Notes: generated by a model from the letters alone, not told the origin. Shown: positions 46,360 to 56,702, counted from the first letter of the stretch. The stretch: 64,000 nt of DNA from an uncultured virus (IMG/VR IMGVR_UViG_3300033146_001099) (IMGVR_UViG_3300033146_001099); one strand, 5' to 3'. Numbers and translations: made by a program.

Positions 46360-47366
46360 AAATAGAAGAAGATATAAAACTAGATTTTCAAGATGTTCTT
46401 ATCCGCCCCAAGCGATCTAGAATGGCAAGTCGCAAGTGCGTTGATTTAGAGAAGACGTATCGCTTTCTTAATAGTAAGCAGTTGTGGCGAGGTGTTCCTA
46501 TCATTGCTGCAAACCTAGACACAGTTGGTACTTTCGCTATGGCTGTCGCCTTGGCGGAACAGAAGATGATGACGTGCTTGCATAAGTTTTATGATCCTAG
46601 TGAGGTTCAGAAGTTTGTCCAACATACCCCGTACGAAGATCAAGCGTTTTACACTATTGGCGGCACACTTGACATGCTTCTTGGATGGACTCCTAAGTTA
46701 ATCTGTATAGATGTTGCCAATGGTTACACCGAGACGTTTGTAGACCATGTGAAGCTAGTTCGTACGGCGTTTCCTGAGTCTATCATTATGGCCGGTAACG
46801 TCGCCACTAGAGAGATGACTGAGACACTCTTGATTCAAGGAGCTGACATTGTAAAGGTAGGGATTGGCCCAGGCTCCCTCTGCACAACGAGAAAAGTAGC
46901 TGGAGTGGGATTTCCTCAATTGTCTGCCATTGATGAGTGTGCAGATGCCGCTCATGGCCTGGGTGGACACATCTGTGCTGATGGCGGATGCACCACTCCC
47001 GGCGATGTGGCTAAAGCATTTGGTGCTGGGGCTGACTTTGTGATGCTAGGAGGTCTTTTAAGTGGCTGCGATGAATGCGAAGGGGAATGGATAGATAAAG
47101 ATGGACAGAAGTATCTACAAATTCATGGCATGGCCAGCAAAGCGGCGATGGATAAGCACAATGGAGGTCAAGGAGACTACAGGGCCGCAGAAGGCAAGGC
47201 AGTAGAAGTGCTGTCGAAAGGACCAGTGAAAAATGTTTTGCAAGAAATAACGGGCGGCTTGCGAAGTGCGTGTGCCTATGTTGGAGCCAGTAGATTGAAA
47301 GACCTACCGAAGTGTACAACCTTTATAAGGGTGGGTCGAACTCACAATACAATTTATGGAGAGTGA
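46356..47366 (+). CDS. guaC: GMP reductase
   Basis: KLDFQDVLIRPKRS, IDVANGY, KVGIGPGSLCTTR, ECADAAHG, GGLRSACAYVGA. Confidence 0.95.
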   Translation: MKIEEDIKLDFQDVLIRPKRSRMASRKCVDLEKTYRFLNSKQLWRGVPIIAANLDTVGTFAMAVALAEQKMMTCLHKFYDPSEVQKFVQHTPYEDQAFYTIGGTLDMLLGWTPKLICIDVANGYTETFVDHVKLVRTAFPESIIMAGNVATREMTETLLIQGADIVKVGIGPGSLCTTRKVAGVGFPQLSAIDECADAAHGLGGHICADGGCTTPGDVAKAFGAGADFVMLGGLLSGCDECEGEWIDKDGQKYLQIHGMASKAAMDKHNGGQGDYRAAEGKAVEVLSKGPVKNVLQEITGGLRSACAYVGASRLKDLPKCTTFIRVGRTHNTIYGE

Positions 47367-47399
47367 AGTAGTCAAGCCTCCTGAAAGGCACCCGAGCTT

Positions 47400-47741
47400 A
47401 TGGACATGAAGATATGTATTCGATGTAAGATTAATCAGCCTACTACAAAGTTTGCTCGACATACAGGTCATAAAGACAATCTCGATGGACGATGTAAGCA
47501 ATGTATAAACAAGGCTGGTGTCCTACGACATAAGTTAAGAAAGGTAGCACCACCAATGCCCGATACTTGCGACTGCTGTAATAAACCAGCCAAGAAAACT
47601 CTCTGCCTAGACCATGATCACGAAACATTAAAATTTCGGGGATGGATATGCGAATATTGTAATAGAGGTATAGGACAATTAGGTGATACATTGTCGGGCG
47701 TTATGAACGCAGTAGCTTACTTGCAAAAAGAGGTTGTATAA
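47400..47741 (+). CDS. endonuclease VII-like HNH endonuclease
   Basis: CDCC, LDHDHET..FRGWIC..CNRGIG; N-terminal Zn ribbon. Confidence 0.9.
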   Translation: MDMKICIRCKINQPTTKFARHTGHKDNLDGRCKQCINKAGVLRHKLRKVAPPMPDTCDCCNKPAKKTLCLDHDHETLKFRGWICEYCNRGIGQLGDTLSGVMNAVAYLQKEVV

Positions 47742-48850
47742 TGAAGGTCGCATTATTCGGTGCAGGACAGATGGGTTTTACAATTGCCTACATGCTTAAA
47801 TTGCTAGGCAACTATCACATTACCTGCTTTGATAGACGTACACATCCACCCCTCTTAGAGTGCGACGAATATGTTCGTCTTGAATTAAACCAGGCAAATA
47901 GCGGCGGGTCGACATTCGGATTCGGTGGAGACGAGTGGGGATGGGTAGACTCCCTAGTAGGACAAGGATTTGATATTGTACTCTCTGCTTTACCATGCAT
48001 GCATAATGAACATATAGCTACTCTTGCCATAGGAGAAGATATACCTTACTTCGATCTTGGTGGATCAGTTGAAGTAGCAGATAAAATAAATAAACTAGGA
48101 CGGGAGCATGGAGCTACGGTCTTTACTGACCTGGGGCTAGCTCCTGGCTGGGCAAATATTATGGCCGAAGAAGCATATAGCACATTTAAAAAAGCAGAGG
48201 TTGAGCCTCTGGAAATTAATATGAGATGCGGCGGATTGCCCGCTGCTTGTAATCCAAAAGACCCTTTCAACTATAAACTAACTTGGTCGATTGATGGGTT
48301 ATACAATGAGTACGTAGCTGATAGTGAGCTTCTAGAACATGGAAAAATTAAGACCGTTCCGTCTCTTGGCGGGATTTGTCTAACACAGATACAGGCTAAT
48401 TGGCAAGGGAATAATGTAAAACTAGAAGAGTTTTATACTAGCGGCGGAGCTTCACATACCTTGGAACTAATGCAGAAACGTGGAGTAGAAAACTGTAATT
48501 ATAAAACACTAAGATACCCAGGACACGCACAACTGATTGATTACTTTATTAATGAGAAACAGTATAATAAGAAACAACTATCTGAATTATTTTGTGACCA
48601 TAAAGGAGCTGATATAGTAGTAGTCCACTGTAATGCTCGCTCTGTACATGATAGTTTAGTATACAACAAGACTTATATCATTAGAGCCAAAGAGGGCTTT
48701 AGTGCTATGCAGTTATCAACAGCCAGTGCTTTCGTTTCGGCAGTACGAGCATCACCATTAACCAAAGGACAACCATTAAACTATTCAGATATTAAGCTAG
48801 ACATGTTTAATCGAGATATGGATAGGTTAGGTTTTTCGGAGGAAAATTAA
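47741..48850 (+). CDS. saccharopine dehydrogenase / lysine 6-dehydrogenase family protein
   Basis: GAGQMG, YFDLGG, GLAPG, CGGLP, WSIDGLYNEY, YKTLRYPGH. Confidence 0.85.
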   Translation: MKVALFGAGQMGFTIAYMLKLLGNYHITCFDRRTHPPLLECDEYVRLELNQANSGGSTFGFGGDEWGWVDSLVGQGFDIVLSALPCMHNEHIATLAIGEDIPYFDLGGSVEVADKINKLGREHGATVFTDLGLAPGWANIMAEEAYSTFKKAEVEPLEINMRCGGLPAACNPKDPFNYKLTWSIDGLYNEYVADSELLEHGKIKTVPSLGGICLTQIQANWQGNNVKLEEFYTSGGASHTLELMQKRGVENCNYKTLRYPGHAQLIDYFINEKQYNKKQLSELFCDHKGADIVVVHCNARSVHDSLVYNKTYIIRAKEGFSAMQLSTASAFVSAVRASPLTKGQPLNYSDIKLDMFNRDMDRLGFSEEN

Positions 48851-48874
48851 ATATAATATTTTTAAGCGGAAGGG

Positions 48875-49273
48875 ATGATAATGGCTTTACTGAGGTTGAT
48901 ATTAAGGTGGTTTGATAAGGTAGTTTTTCTGCCAAAACCAGAAGAAACAGAACAAACTGCAGGTGGCGGAGGTGTGCTCTCTATAGGATACGAAGTAGAG
49001 GCTGGTGATCTATCTGTAGATGTTGACATAACAGACAAGGGGGATGTGTCTGTCGAGTTGCTTGCTCTCATCCTTTTCCAGCTAGAGAATGGCACTCTCT
49101 CTTCATTTTTCTATCAGGCGTTAATAGTCTGGGCCGAAGAAAACCCAGAAAGACTTATCTTTAACGAAGCAGTCGGAACTAGAATAGGAGAGTTACGAGG
49201 GTCCGAAGTGGGAGAACGTAAATTAGCAGTTGATCCGAGTGCCGTATTCAACTTTAGGGACATGAAGAAATGA
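48875..49273 (+). CDS. hypothetical protein
   Basis: Coupled to thyA. Confidence 0.65.
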   Translation: MIMALLRLILRWFDKVVFLPKPEETEQTAGGGGVLSIGYEVEAGDLSVDVDITDKGDVSVELLALILFQLENGTLSSFFYQALIVWAEENPERLIFNEAVGTRIGELRGSEVGERKLAVDPSAVFNFRDMKK

Positions 49274-50241
49274 AACAGTACTTAGACATAGTGAAGAACG
49301 TATTAAATAACGGACAATGGAAACAAAATAGAACGGGAACACAGGCGACCACCACTTTTTGTGAAATCTTTCGGCATCAAATGTCAGACGGATTTCCACT
49401 TTTAACTACCAAAAAAATGTACACTCAGGGCGTAGCAGTCGAACTAGAAGGCTTTATTCAGGGTATAACAGATAAGAGATGGTTCCAGAAACGTAAATGT
49501 AACATTTGGAATGAGTGGGCCAATCCCGAAACAGTTGAAAGGGACTGGATAAAAAGAATGAAGTTCTTGGGGATGAGTGGCCAACGTTTACAGGGGACAA
49601 TAAAGAAACAAGCAGAGAAAGCTACAAAAGATTTGGGTCCGATATATGGCTATCAATGGCGTCATTTTGACCAACATTATTCTACTAGCGATGGTGGACC
49701 TAAGACCTTTTTGGATAGAATAAGCCTGGATTGGGCTGTAAATGGAGTCGAAAGGGGGGTTGATCAATTAAAAAATGTAGTAAAAACTTTAAAAACTAAT
49801 CCAGACGACCGCAGAATGGTTGTTTTGGCGTGGAATCCTAATCAACTTTCCCAAATGGCGTTGCCGCCTTGCCATTATGCGTTCACTCTCGTTCACATCA
49901 ATGGTGTATTAAATCTTAGTTGGAAGCAGCGTTCCTGTGACATGATGCTAGGGGTTCCGTTTAATATTGCCAACTACGCATTACTTTTGTTACTACTGTG
50001 TAAGGAGAGCGGTCTAGTACCAGGAGAACTAGTGGGGGTTCTTGAAGACTGTCACATCTATGAAACTCAAATAAAAAGTGCAATCGCACAAACTAGTCGC
50101 AAGCCCTATAAGCTACCGACTGTTACTGTTGGCAACGACGAACCTAGCGGTTTCGATATCTTTAGCTGGACGCACGAGGATTTGTTTGTACATAATTATG
50201 AGAGCCATCCAAAAATAGACTTCGGACCAGTCGCAATATGA
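49270..50241 (+). CDS. thyA: thymidylate synthase
   Basis: RTGT, GFPLLTTKK, LGPIYGYQWR, MALPPCH, QRSCD..LGVPFN. Confidence 0.97.
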   Translation: MKQYLDIVKNVLNNGQWKQNRTGTQATTTFCEIFRHQMSDGFPLLTTKKMYTQGVAVELEGFIQGITDKRWFQKRKCNIWNEWANPETVERDWIKRMKFLGMSGQRLQGTIKKQAEKATKDLGPIYGYQWRHFDQHYSTSDGGPKTFLDRISLDWAVNGVERGVDQLKNVVKTLKTNPDDRRMVVLAWNPNQLSQMALPPCHYAFTLVHINGVLNLSWKQRSCDMMLGVPFNIANYALLLLLLCKESGLVPGELVGVLEDCHIYETQIKSAIAQTSRKPYKLPTVTVGNDEPSGFDIFSWTHEDLFVHNYESHPKIDFGPVAI

Positions 50242-50747
50242 GGTATGATACTATGAGCGAACATAACGAATTGAATATAGATGGAGAATTAGCTCCCTAC
50301 CCATCAGGTAATGATGTTTATTGGGAGAAGTGGACTGATGCTTATAACAACGACGGTATTGAAGCATCAAAAAAACTGATAGAAGACATTAGAGAGGACG
50401 AATACGATCTAGAAGATGACGACGAAAGACTTGCCTTAGATAAAGACGAAGACATTCCGTTTTTCGACACACACATCCAAACTATACTAACTCCATTCGG
50501 AGTCTTACCGCTAACTGAGGACTCTTTTGTCAGTAATCACTTTAAGTTTTGGGTAGGACACGCTAACTTTAAACTTTGGGACGCTTACTATAAGGTAATC
50601 GGAGATATACTAGGAGTTGAATCCGTTGACATACTTACCCCTCTTCGCTTTCGCATTGCCGTAGGCAAGATGTTCAAGGATGAAGACGTAATGAGTCGGG
50701 TAAGGTCAGCATTACTAGAGGTCGTGAGCAATGAGTCTAAAGAATAG
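50238..50747 (+). CDS. hypothetical acidic protein
   Basis: FWVGHANF, RFRIAVGKMF; coupled ORF. Confidence 0.7.
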   Translation: MRYDTMSEHNELNIDGELAPYPSGNDVYWEKWTDAYNNDGIEASKKLIEDIREDEYDLEDDDERLALDKDEDIPFFDTHIQTILTPFGVLPLTEDSFVSNHFKFWVGHANFKLWDAYYKVIGDILGVESVDILTPLRFRIAVGKMFKDEDVMSRVRSALLEVVSNESKE

Positions 50748-51420
50748 GGACAGGGTATCCAAAGGTTATATTGTTGACGAAATGCATCGTTACAATATTT
50801 TGTTGGAAGCGAGAGAAGTATTTCTGCACGGATGCATAGAGGGCAGCGAAGAAGGTGATCCTGGTGTTGACTATCGTATGGCTACTAACTTTGTCAAGAA
50901 CATGGCATTGCTAGACCGTATTGACGATAAAATGCCAATAGTTGTACATCAGCACTCGGTCGGAGGGGGATGGACCGAAGGCATGATGATTTTCGATGCC
51001 ATTTCCACATGTACCTGCTCAGTGATTATGGTAACGCATGGTATAGCTGCCTCTATGGGCAGTATAATTCCTCAAGCAGCCGACCTTCGTATCAGTATGC
51101 CGAATTGCTGGTGGCTTATTCACGATGGAACCACCGATATTAACTCTGACTTCACTGTCAGAATGGCAAAGTCTTGGGCAGGATGGGAAGAAATTACTAC
51201 TAAGCAAATGATGAGTATTTATGCCGAAGTATGTAGCCATGGAGAGGTATATAAAGATAAAAGTGAATCTCAAATAAAACTCTTGATCCGTAAGCAACTT
51301 GAGAAAAAAGAAGACTGGTGGTTATCGTCTGAGGATTCTGTACGTCATGGCTTTTCTGATGCCGTGTGGGGTTCAGACGGTTACGAGTCCTTAGAAATTA
51401 TAAAGCAACATGTACTTTGA
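50731..51420 (+). CDS. ClpP-like protease subunit
   Basis: SVGG...GMMIFDAI, GIAASMGSII (catalytic Ser), LIHD (His), DWWLSSE. Confidence 0.85.
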   Translation: MSLKNRDRVSKGYIVDEMHRYNILLEAREVFLHGCIEGSEEGDPGVDYRMATNFVKNMALLDRIDDKMPIVVHQHSVGGGWTEGMMIFDAISTCTCSVIMVTHGIAASMGSIIPQAADLRISMPNCWWLIHDGTTDINSDFTVRMAKSWAGWEEITTKQMMSIYAEVCSHGEVYKDKSESQIKLLIRKQLEKKEDWWLSSEDSVRHGFSDAVWGSDGYESLEIIKQHVL

Positions 51421-52039
51421 ATATTGCAACTACAATAAATATATAAACGACTATGGCAAAGAACTCTCTCATATTTTTAAAGCACTAGATAAAGGACTAG
51501 CGGGACTTGCCCTCCCGATACATATGGTTCGAGAGGTTCGAGAGTTTATGCCTGAGGGTATTGTTCTATCGACTCCGATTGACTATCCGTTGGGATATGC
51601 GTCGACCACAGTCCGAAATCATTGGGTACTTAACTCTCTTAAGTGCGGTGTGAATGCTATAGATTACACACCCAATCAATACTTTGTAAGACACAAGTGG
51701 ACAGATTTGGTTAATGAGATTACCACCGACTTAAGAATGTGCTCTGACTATGGAGCCACTTTTCGTGTCTTTCTTGACTACCACCGGGTCAGCAACGTCG
51801 TTAACTATGCTCGTAGACTGGCGGATATCGGTGTCGAAGTCGTATTCCCCGCAATGGGCTATCATCATGATGATTTCTTTGACAATATCATAAATTCCAA
51901 ATTAATAGAGAAAAAGACCAACTTATCAGTCATTTTCAATGGATATATCTGGAAAAAGAGCCAGATCAAGATCCTTAAAAAGGCCAAGCTGTTCGGAGGA
52001 AGGCTGTATAATCTAGAACTTTGGTGTAATCAACAGTAG
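51410..52039 (+). CDS. DeoC/aldolase-like TIM barrel, probably inactive
   Basis: IDYPLG, GVNAID; Schiff-base KTSTG replaced by FPAMG. Confidence 0.6.
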   Translation: MYFEYCNYNKYINDYGKELSHIFKALDKGLAGLALPIHMVREVREFMPEGIVLSTPIDYPLGYASTTVRNHWVLNSLKCGVNAIDYTPNQYFVRHKWTDLVNEITTDLRMCSDYGATFRVFLDYHRVSNVVNYARRLADIGVEVVFPAMGYHHDDFFDNIINSKLIEKKTNLSVIFNGYIWKKSQIKILKKAKLFGGRLYNLELWCNQQ

Positions 52040-52103
52040 GATCGGGATATTTATTTGTTTGGAGTGATAGGAGACTACGACGTATTTAGTCGGAGTAAAT
52101 AAC

Positions 52104-52703
52104 ATGAGTTTTTGGGACATTGCAGGTGGTTTTGACAGCGGTATTTTCATCAACGGCGTGATGAGTGGTGTCGATAACGATCAAGGTGCTATCCGTTATG
52201 CGGGTACTAATATTGATGAAACCACCAAATGGTCAAACGTGGCACTAGGTGCTGGCAGTAGAGTTACTACCATAGTTTCTGGTATTAACGGCATAAGTGG
52301 AATTTTGGGCGGTGGCATATTTAATGGTGGTGACCAAGTTATTCTACGTGTGACCACAGATATCGCTAACGTTGCCAATACCGTATTGTTGGCTGGTGCA
52401 TCCAATTCTTCGAAGAACAGCACAATCCATCAAACAGCTAAAGTGTCTACACACTTTTACAAGACCGCTATTCGTACTAACAAGTGGAGTCAAATTTCTG
52501 GTGCATGGGAAGCCGGTTTCCCACTCGTAATTGATACGGGAGTGTGGGATCAAGCCACAGCTGCCGACGAAGCAGCTGATTTGCTAGCGAACAACACAGA
52601 CAATGCAGCTAATCCAACAGCAGCTATTCCTGGTGAGTTTGTCTATCGTAATGGCAGCCCAACGCCTGTGCAAGACAACTATAAGGCAAAGACTGCATTT
52701 TAA
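52104..52703 (+). CDS. hypothetical G/N/T-rich protein, possibly virion-associated
   Basis: GGAG RBS; DNAANPT..IPGEFVY. Confidence 0.7.
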   Translation: MSFWDIAGGFDSGIFINGVMSGVDNDQGAIRYAGTNIDETTKWSNVALGAGSRVTTIVSGINGISGILGGGIFNGGDQVILRVTTDIANVANTVLLAGASNSSKNSTIHQTAKVSTHFYKTAIRTNKWSQISGAWEAGFPLVIDTGVWDQATAADEAADLLANNTDNAANPTAAIPGEFVYRNGSPTPVQDNYKAKTAF

Positions 52704-52728
52704 CCTTGTGATTAAATAGAGGTGTATT

Positions 52729-53061
52729 ATGAATGACCCTATGTTAATCGCAGTTATCATTGCCTTGGTTAAAATTGTAGATTTGGTGATACAGACTCTT
52801 CTTAAAAAACTTTTTCCCGGTGGGGGATGGAGTGACAAAGAAAAATTTGTGGCCATGGCTCAGCTAAGAAGGTTGTACGATATGCACAATATAACAGATG
52901 GAGACGGAACACCTATTTGGTATGTTCCACAGGCGTTGGCTGATAATCAACAAGAGCTTGTAAAAACTGTAAGTGACATAGTTCACACACAGATGCTACA
53001 AACAACCGCGATGGAAAGGTGTGCTGTGATATTAGACAGAATTGACCAACGACACGTCTAA
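52729..53061 (+). CDS. single-TM membrane protein
   Basis: N-terminal TM plus coiled-coil tail; GAGG RBS. Confidence 0.7.
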   Translation: MNDPMLIAVIIALVKIVDLVIQTLLKKLFPGGGWSDKEKFVAMAQLRRLYDMHNITDGDGTPIWYVPQALADNQQELVKTVSDIVHTQMLQTTAMERCAVILDRIDQRHV

Positions 53062-53080
53062 TATCTCTGTTGAAAACTAT

Positions 53081-53127
53081 AAGGCAGAGTACAATTCCTT
53101 AACAGGTTTCGTACTTTGCCTTTTTTT
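53081..53127 (+). terminator. probable intrinsic terminator
   Basis: AAGGCAGAGTAC/GTACTTTGCCTT followed by T tract. Confidence 0.65.
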
Positions 53128-53139
53128 ATTGGAGTAAGG

Positions 53140-53352
53140 ATGAACGAGAAAGAAAAAGGTCTCCGCTATACTACTACTGTGGACTTGGATGTTGCTGGAA
53201 TGTATGCGGAGGAAAGATGTAAACATTGTTCAGGTCGCGGCATCCTTAGCACACAGGTTAGTTCAGGTGGTACTATTCGTAAAGATAAAGCAGTTGAACA
53301 TAGAGTTGACTATTGCTCATGTGTTCGTAAAAATGTAAGGAAATACGGATGA
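53140..53352 (+). CDS. small Zn-finger protein
   Basis: CKHCSGRG...CSC. Confidence 0.65.
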   Translation: MNEKEKGLRYTTTVDLDVAGMYAEERCKHCSGRGILSTQVSSGGTIRKDKAVEHRVDYCSCVRKNVRKYG

Positions 53353-53798
53353 ATTGGGACGAGTTCTACATAGGAATGTGTTTGCAAGTTTCTAAAAAAT
53401 CAAAAGACAGGAGTACTAAAGTAGGCGTTGTCATAGTCACTCCAGACAACACTCTTCTATCTATTGGTTTTAACGGATTCCCTCGCGGCATTGATGATGA
53501 AATCGAAAGATATCATGAGCGTCCCATGAAATATCGAATCACAGAACACGCCGAGCGGAACGCTATCTATAACGCTGCTCGTAATGGTATTCGCCTGCAA
53601 GGCTCTATCATGTATCTACCGTTCGAGCCAACCCCTTGTACAGACTGTACTAGGGGAATAATTCAAGCAGGTATAGTAGAAGTCAGAGGCACAAATGCTA
53701 AATTCCCCGGCAAAGGCACGCAGTGGGACGAGGATCTAGCCATTGCGAAGGAAATGCTGGACCACGCAGGTATTAAGCGTACGGCACTTAACTGTTGA
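53349..53798 (+). CDS. dCMP deaminase
   Basis: SKD.STKVG, GFNGFPRG, HAERNAI, PCTDC. Confidence 0.95.
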   Translation: MNWDEFYIGMCLQVSKKSKDRSTKVGVVIVTPDNTLLSIGFNGFPRGIDDEIERYHERPMKYRITEHAERNAIYNAARNGIRLQGSIMYLPFEPTPCTDCTRGIIQAGIVEVRGTNAKFPGKGTQWDEDLAIAKEMLDHAGIKRTALNC

Positions 53799-53889
53799 CA
53801 GTAAAAATTTATTACAAAAACTGAACTTAAAAAGTAGAGTGCAACTTTTACTTGGGTCACGAACGGTGTAGTTATAGATGGTCGGGACT

Positions 53890-54105
53890 AACACGGGCGA
53901 AACACTCCCCGTTAAAAGCGACACTCCTCGATCATTAACAACAGACGGTAAGATATACTACAAAGATAAGCGTTAAGGTTGGAAAGATTTACTAAAAATA
54001 AAACACACAACAAAAGCAATTAAACCTAGTAGCACACCGTCATTAACGTGTCGCCTTAAAACTAACGGCCCGCTCTGTACGCACGCATAGAGCGGGTCTT
54101 TTTTT
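53890..54105 (+). ncRNA. candidate structured RNA or attenuator leader upstream of nrdJ
   Basis: Nested helices CCGTTA/TAACGG, GCGACAC/GTGTCGC, GACGGT/ACCGTC, then terminator GGCCCGCTCT/AGAGCGGGTC+T7. Confidence 0.55.
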
Positions 54106-54123
54106 ATCAACGGAGGATCATCA

Positions 54124-56670
54124 ATGGGTGCATTTACCAATTCTTTTTCAGAAGAAACATGGTATCAAAAATACAAATTCGAAAATGATACGTGTGTTGA
54201 GGACACATGGGCGAGAGTTGCAAAAAACCTTGCATCAAAAGAAAGGTATAGCACTAAGTGGGATAAACGATTCTACTCAATACTAAAAGATTTTAAATTT
54301 GTCCCAGGCGGACGAGTTACGTCCAACGCAGGAACAGGTCTACAGGGCACAACGCTGGTCAACTGTTTCGTCTCGGGTCCAACAGGTAAAGATATAGACT
54401 CTATTGAGGGAATCTATGGTGAGCTACTTCGTCAGGCCCAAATCTTAAAGAGCGAAGGTGGTTACGGCTTTTGTTCTGATTTTATGAGACCAAACGGGGC
54501 TCATATTCACGGTATTGCCAACCAATCTCCTGGTGCTGTAAAGTTCCTAGAGCTTTGGGATAAATCCTCCGAGATCATTACTGCCGGATCAAACAAGAAG
54601 GCCGAAAAGGGCGAAAAAAACTTCATTCGTAAGGGTGCCCAGATGGTCACGATGTCCTGCTGGCATCCCGATGTATTGGAATTTATAGTAGCAAAGAAAA
54701 CCCCTGGCCGATTGACCAAATTCAACATGTCTGTCCTCTGCACTGACGAATTCATGGAAGCAGTAAAGAATGACGACCCCTGGCTCCTCAAGTTTCCCAA
54801 CTACAAACTCTATCCCAAAGATTACAAAGAGTCTTGGGACGGAGACATTAATGTATGGGAAAAATTGATCCTAAGCAAGTACGATCCCGAAGGCAAAGGA
54901 GACGACCTCTCAAGTATTGTCCTCTACGATACTCCAGTTAAGAAGGCCCGCGATCTCTGGGACTTGATAATGGAGAATACATACAACCGAAATGAGCCGG
55001 GGGTACTGTTCGTAGACACTATGAACCGCATGAATAATCTAGGGTATGTAGAGAATATCAACGCGACCAATCCATGCGGAGAACAGATACTCCCCATCGG
55101 AGGGGTGTGTCTACTTGGCTCTATTAACTTGGTTCACTTTATTGATCCTGATACTAAAGAATGGAAATGGGACGAACTAAAGGCTGCGATCCACGACGCT
55201 GTTCGTTTCATGGATAATGTGAACGATATCACTAATGTCCCCCTAAAATCTCAGAGGAAAAACCTCCAAGACAAGAGACGTATTGGACTAGGTATTTTGG
55301 GATATGGCTCTGCATTGCTAATGGCTCGTATCAAGTATGGTAGCAAGAGAGCATTAGAAATGACCGAGAATCTTATGCAGGTTTTCACTAACGAAGCATA
55401 TAAGACTTCGGCACTATTAGCCAAGGAAAAAGGTGCTTTTCCTCTCTATGATGAAGAGCAATATCTATCGGGCGAATTCATTAAACAGCTTGACCCTAAG
55501 ACTATAGCTCTGATTAAGAAGCACGGAATACGTAATTCCCACCTGACTTCAATACAGCCAACCGGCAATAGTGCGTGCTTTGCGAATCTGCCCAGTGGTG
55601 GTCAAGAGCCGCTATTTATGCACGGCTACGTTCGTACAGCAATTCAGCCATCAGCTCCAGAGTTTTTACATGAACCTATTAATATAGATTGGGATAAAAA
55701 GAAGCACGAGAATATACAGGCAGAGGGTCAACCAGAGACTCATTGGAAATGGATTAAAGAAGGGGATGAAGACCTTCTAGCTACTTTATTTGAAGGTAAA
55801 ACCTGGAAATTTGATCGTAATCGTGGGCTTACAAAAGAAGAGTGGATTGAAGACTATGGGGTTTCATATTTAAAATCAGTTGACAAATGGAATCCTGATG
55901 CTCAATGGGCGTCTTGCACTATGGATTTAGATGTAGATGCCCATATTAACACAATGTCAATCTTCGCAAAATGGGTAGATTCTGCCATCTCTAAGACTAT
56001 TAACCTTCCCAATGAATATCCTTATGAAGATTTCAAGCTGGTGTATAAGAAGGCGTGGGCTAATGGCATTAAAGGATTTACGACTTATAGGGCAGGTACA
56101 ACAATCTCTGTTTTGGCAGCGGAATCCTCCTTATCTGACAACAAAGATAAGATCCGCAAGACAGTAGCCCCAGTCCGTCCGCGAGAGTTACCGTGTGATG
56201 TGTATCATATTAAGGTAAAAGGCGAGTCCTACTTCGTATTGGTGGGTATCTATAATGGTGACCCTTACGAGGTGTTCGCGGGCAAGAATGGATTCCTGGA
56301 CAAAAAGGTTGTTAGTGGGACTATAATAAAGCTAGGTAAACCTAGGGGAGTATATAAGGTTATACTGTCGGATGGCCTAGAATTATCACCCATAAATGCC
56401 ACATGTTCTGCCGAAGAAGATGCTTTAACACGCATGACATCAACCGCCCTACAACACGGGGCCGACATGCACCTGATTGTAAAGCAGTTGGAGAAGGTTA
56501 AGGGAGATATGCATACTTTTGCCAGAAGTATGGCACGAGCAATCAAAAAATACATTCCGAATGGTGCAAAAGAAAATATTGCCTGTCCAGAATGTGAAGC
56601 GACAGATGGTTTAATTCGCCAGGAAGGGTGTATTACTTGTCTGTTATGTGGCTGGAGTAAGTGTGGGTAA
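54124..56670 (+). CDS. nrdJ: class II (adenosylcobalamin-dependent) ribonucleotide reductase with C-terminal TSCPD-like/Zn domain
   Basis: FVPGGR..NAG, NCFV, GGYG, EPGVLF, TNPCGEQ, CLLGSINL, RRIGLG, IQPTG, ISKTINLP, EGC..C..CGWSKCG. Confidence 0.93.
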   Translation: MGAFTNSFSEETWYQKYKFENDTCVEDTWARVAKNLASKERYSTKWDKRFYSILKDFKFVPGGRVTSNAGTGLQGTTLVNCFVSGPTGKDIDSIEGIYGELLRQAQILKSEGGYGFCSDFMRPNGAHIHGIANQSPGAVKFLELWDKSSEIITAGSNKKAEKGEKNFIRKGAQMVTMSCWHPDVLEFIVAKKTPGRLTKFNMSVLCTDEFMEAVKNDDPWLLKFPNYKLYPKDYKESWDGDINVWEKLILSKYDPEGKGDDLSSIVLYDTPVKKARDLWDLIMENTYNRNEPGVLFVDTMNRMNNLGYVENINATNPCGEQILPIGGVCLLGSINLVHFIDPDTKEWKWDELKAAIHDAVRFMDNVNDITNVPLKSQRKNLQDKRRIGLGILGYGSALLMARIKYGSKRALEMTENLMQVFTNEAYKTSALLAKEKGAFPLYDEEQYLSGEFIKQLDPKTIALIKKHGIRNSHLTSIQPTGNSACFANLPSGGQEPLFMHGYVRTAIQPSAPEFLHEPINIDWDKKKHENIQAEGQPETHWKWIKEGDEDLLATLFEGKTWKFDRNRGLTKEEWIEDYGVSYLKSVDKWNPDAQWASCTMDLDVDAHINTMSIFAKWVDSAISKTINLPNEYPYEDFKLVYKKAWANGIKGFTTYRAGTTISVLAAESSLSDNKDKIRKTVAPVRPRELPCDVYHIKVKGESYFVLVGIYNGDPYEVFAGKNGFLDKKVVSGTIIKLGKPRGVYKVILSDGLELSPINATCSAEEDALTRMTSTALQHGADMHLIVKQLEKVKGDMHTFARSMARAIKKYIPNGAKENIACPECEATDGLIRQEGCITCLLCGWSKCG

Positions 56671-56702
56671 TTCACTATGTATTATTTTAAAGGAGGCATA
56701 AT

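Noticed and set aside
53880..54105. Canonical cobalamin riboswitch before nrdJ
   Set aside because: No recognisable B12-box or core consensus by eye; kept only as an unknown structured RNA.
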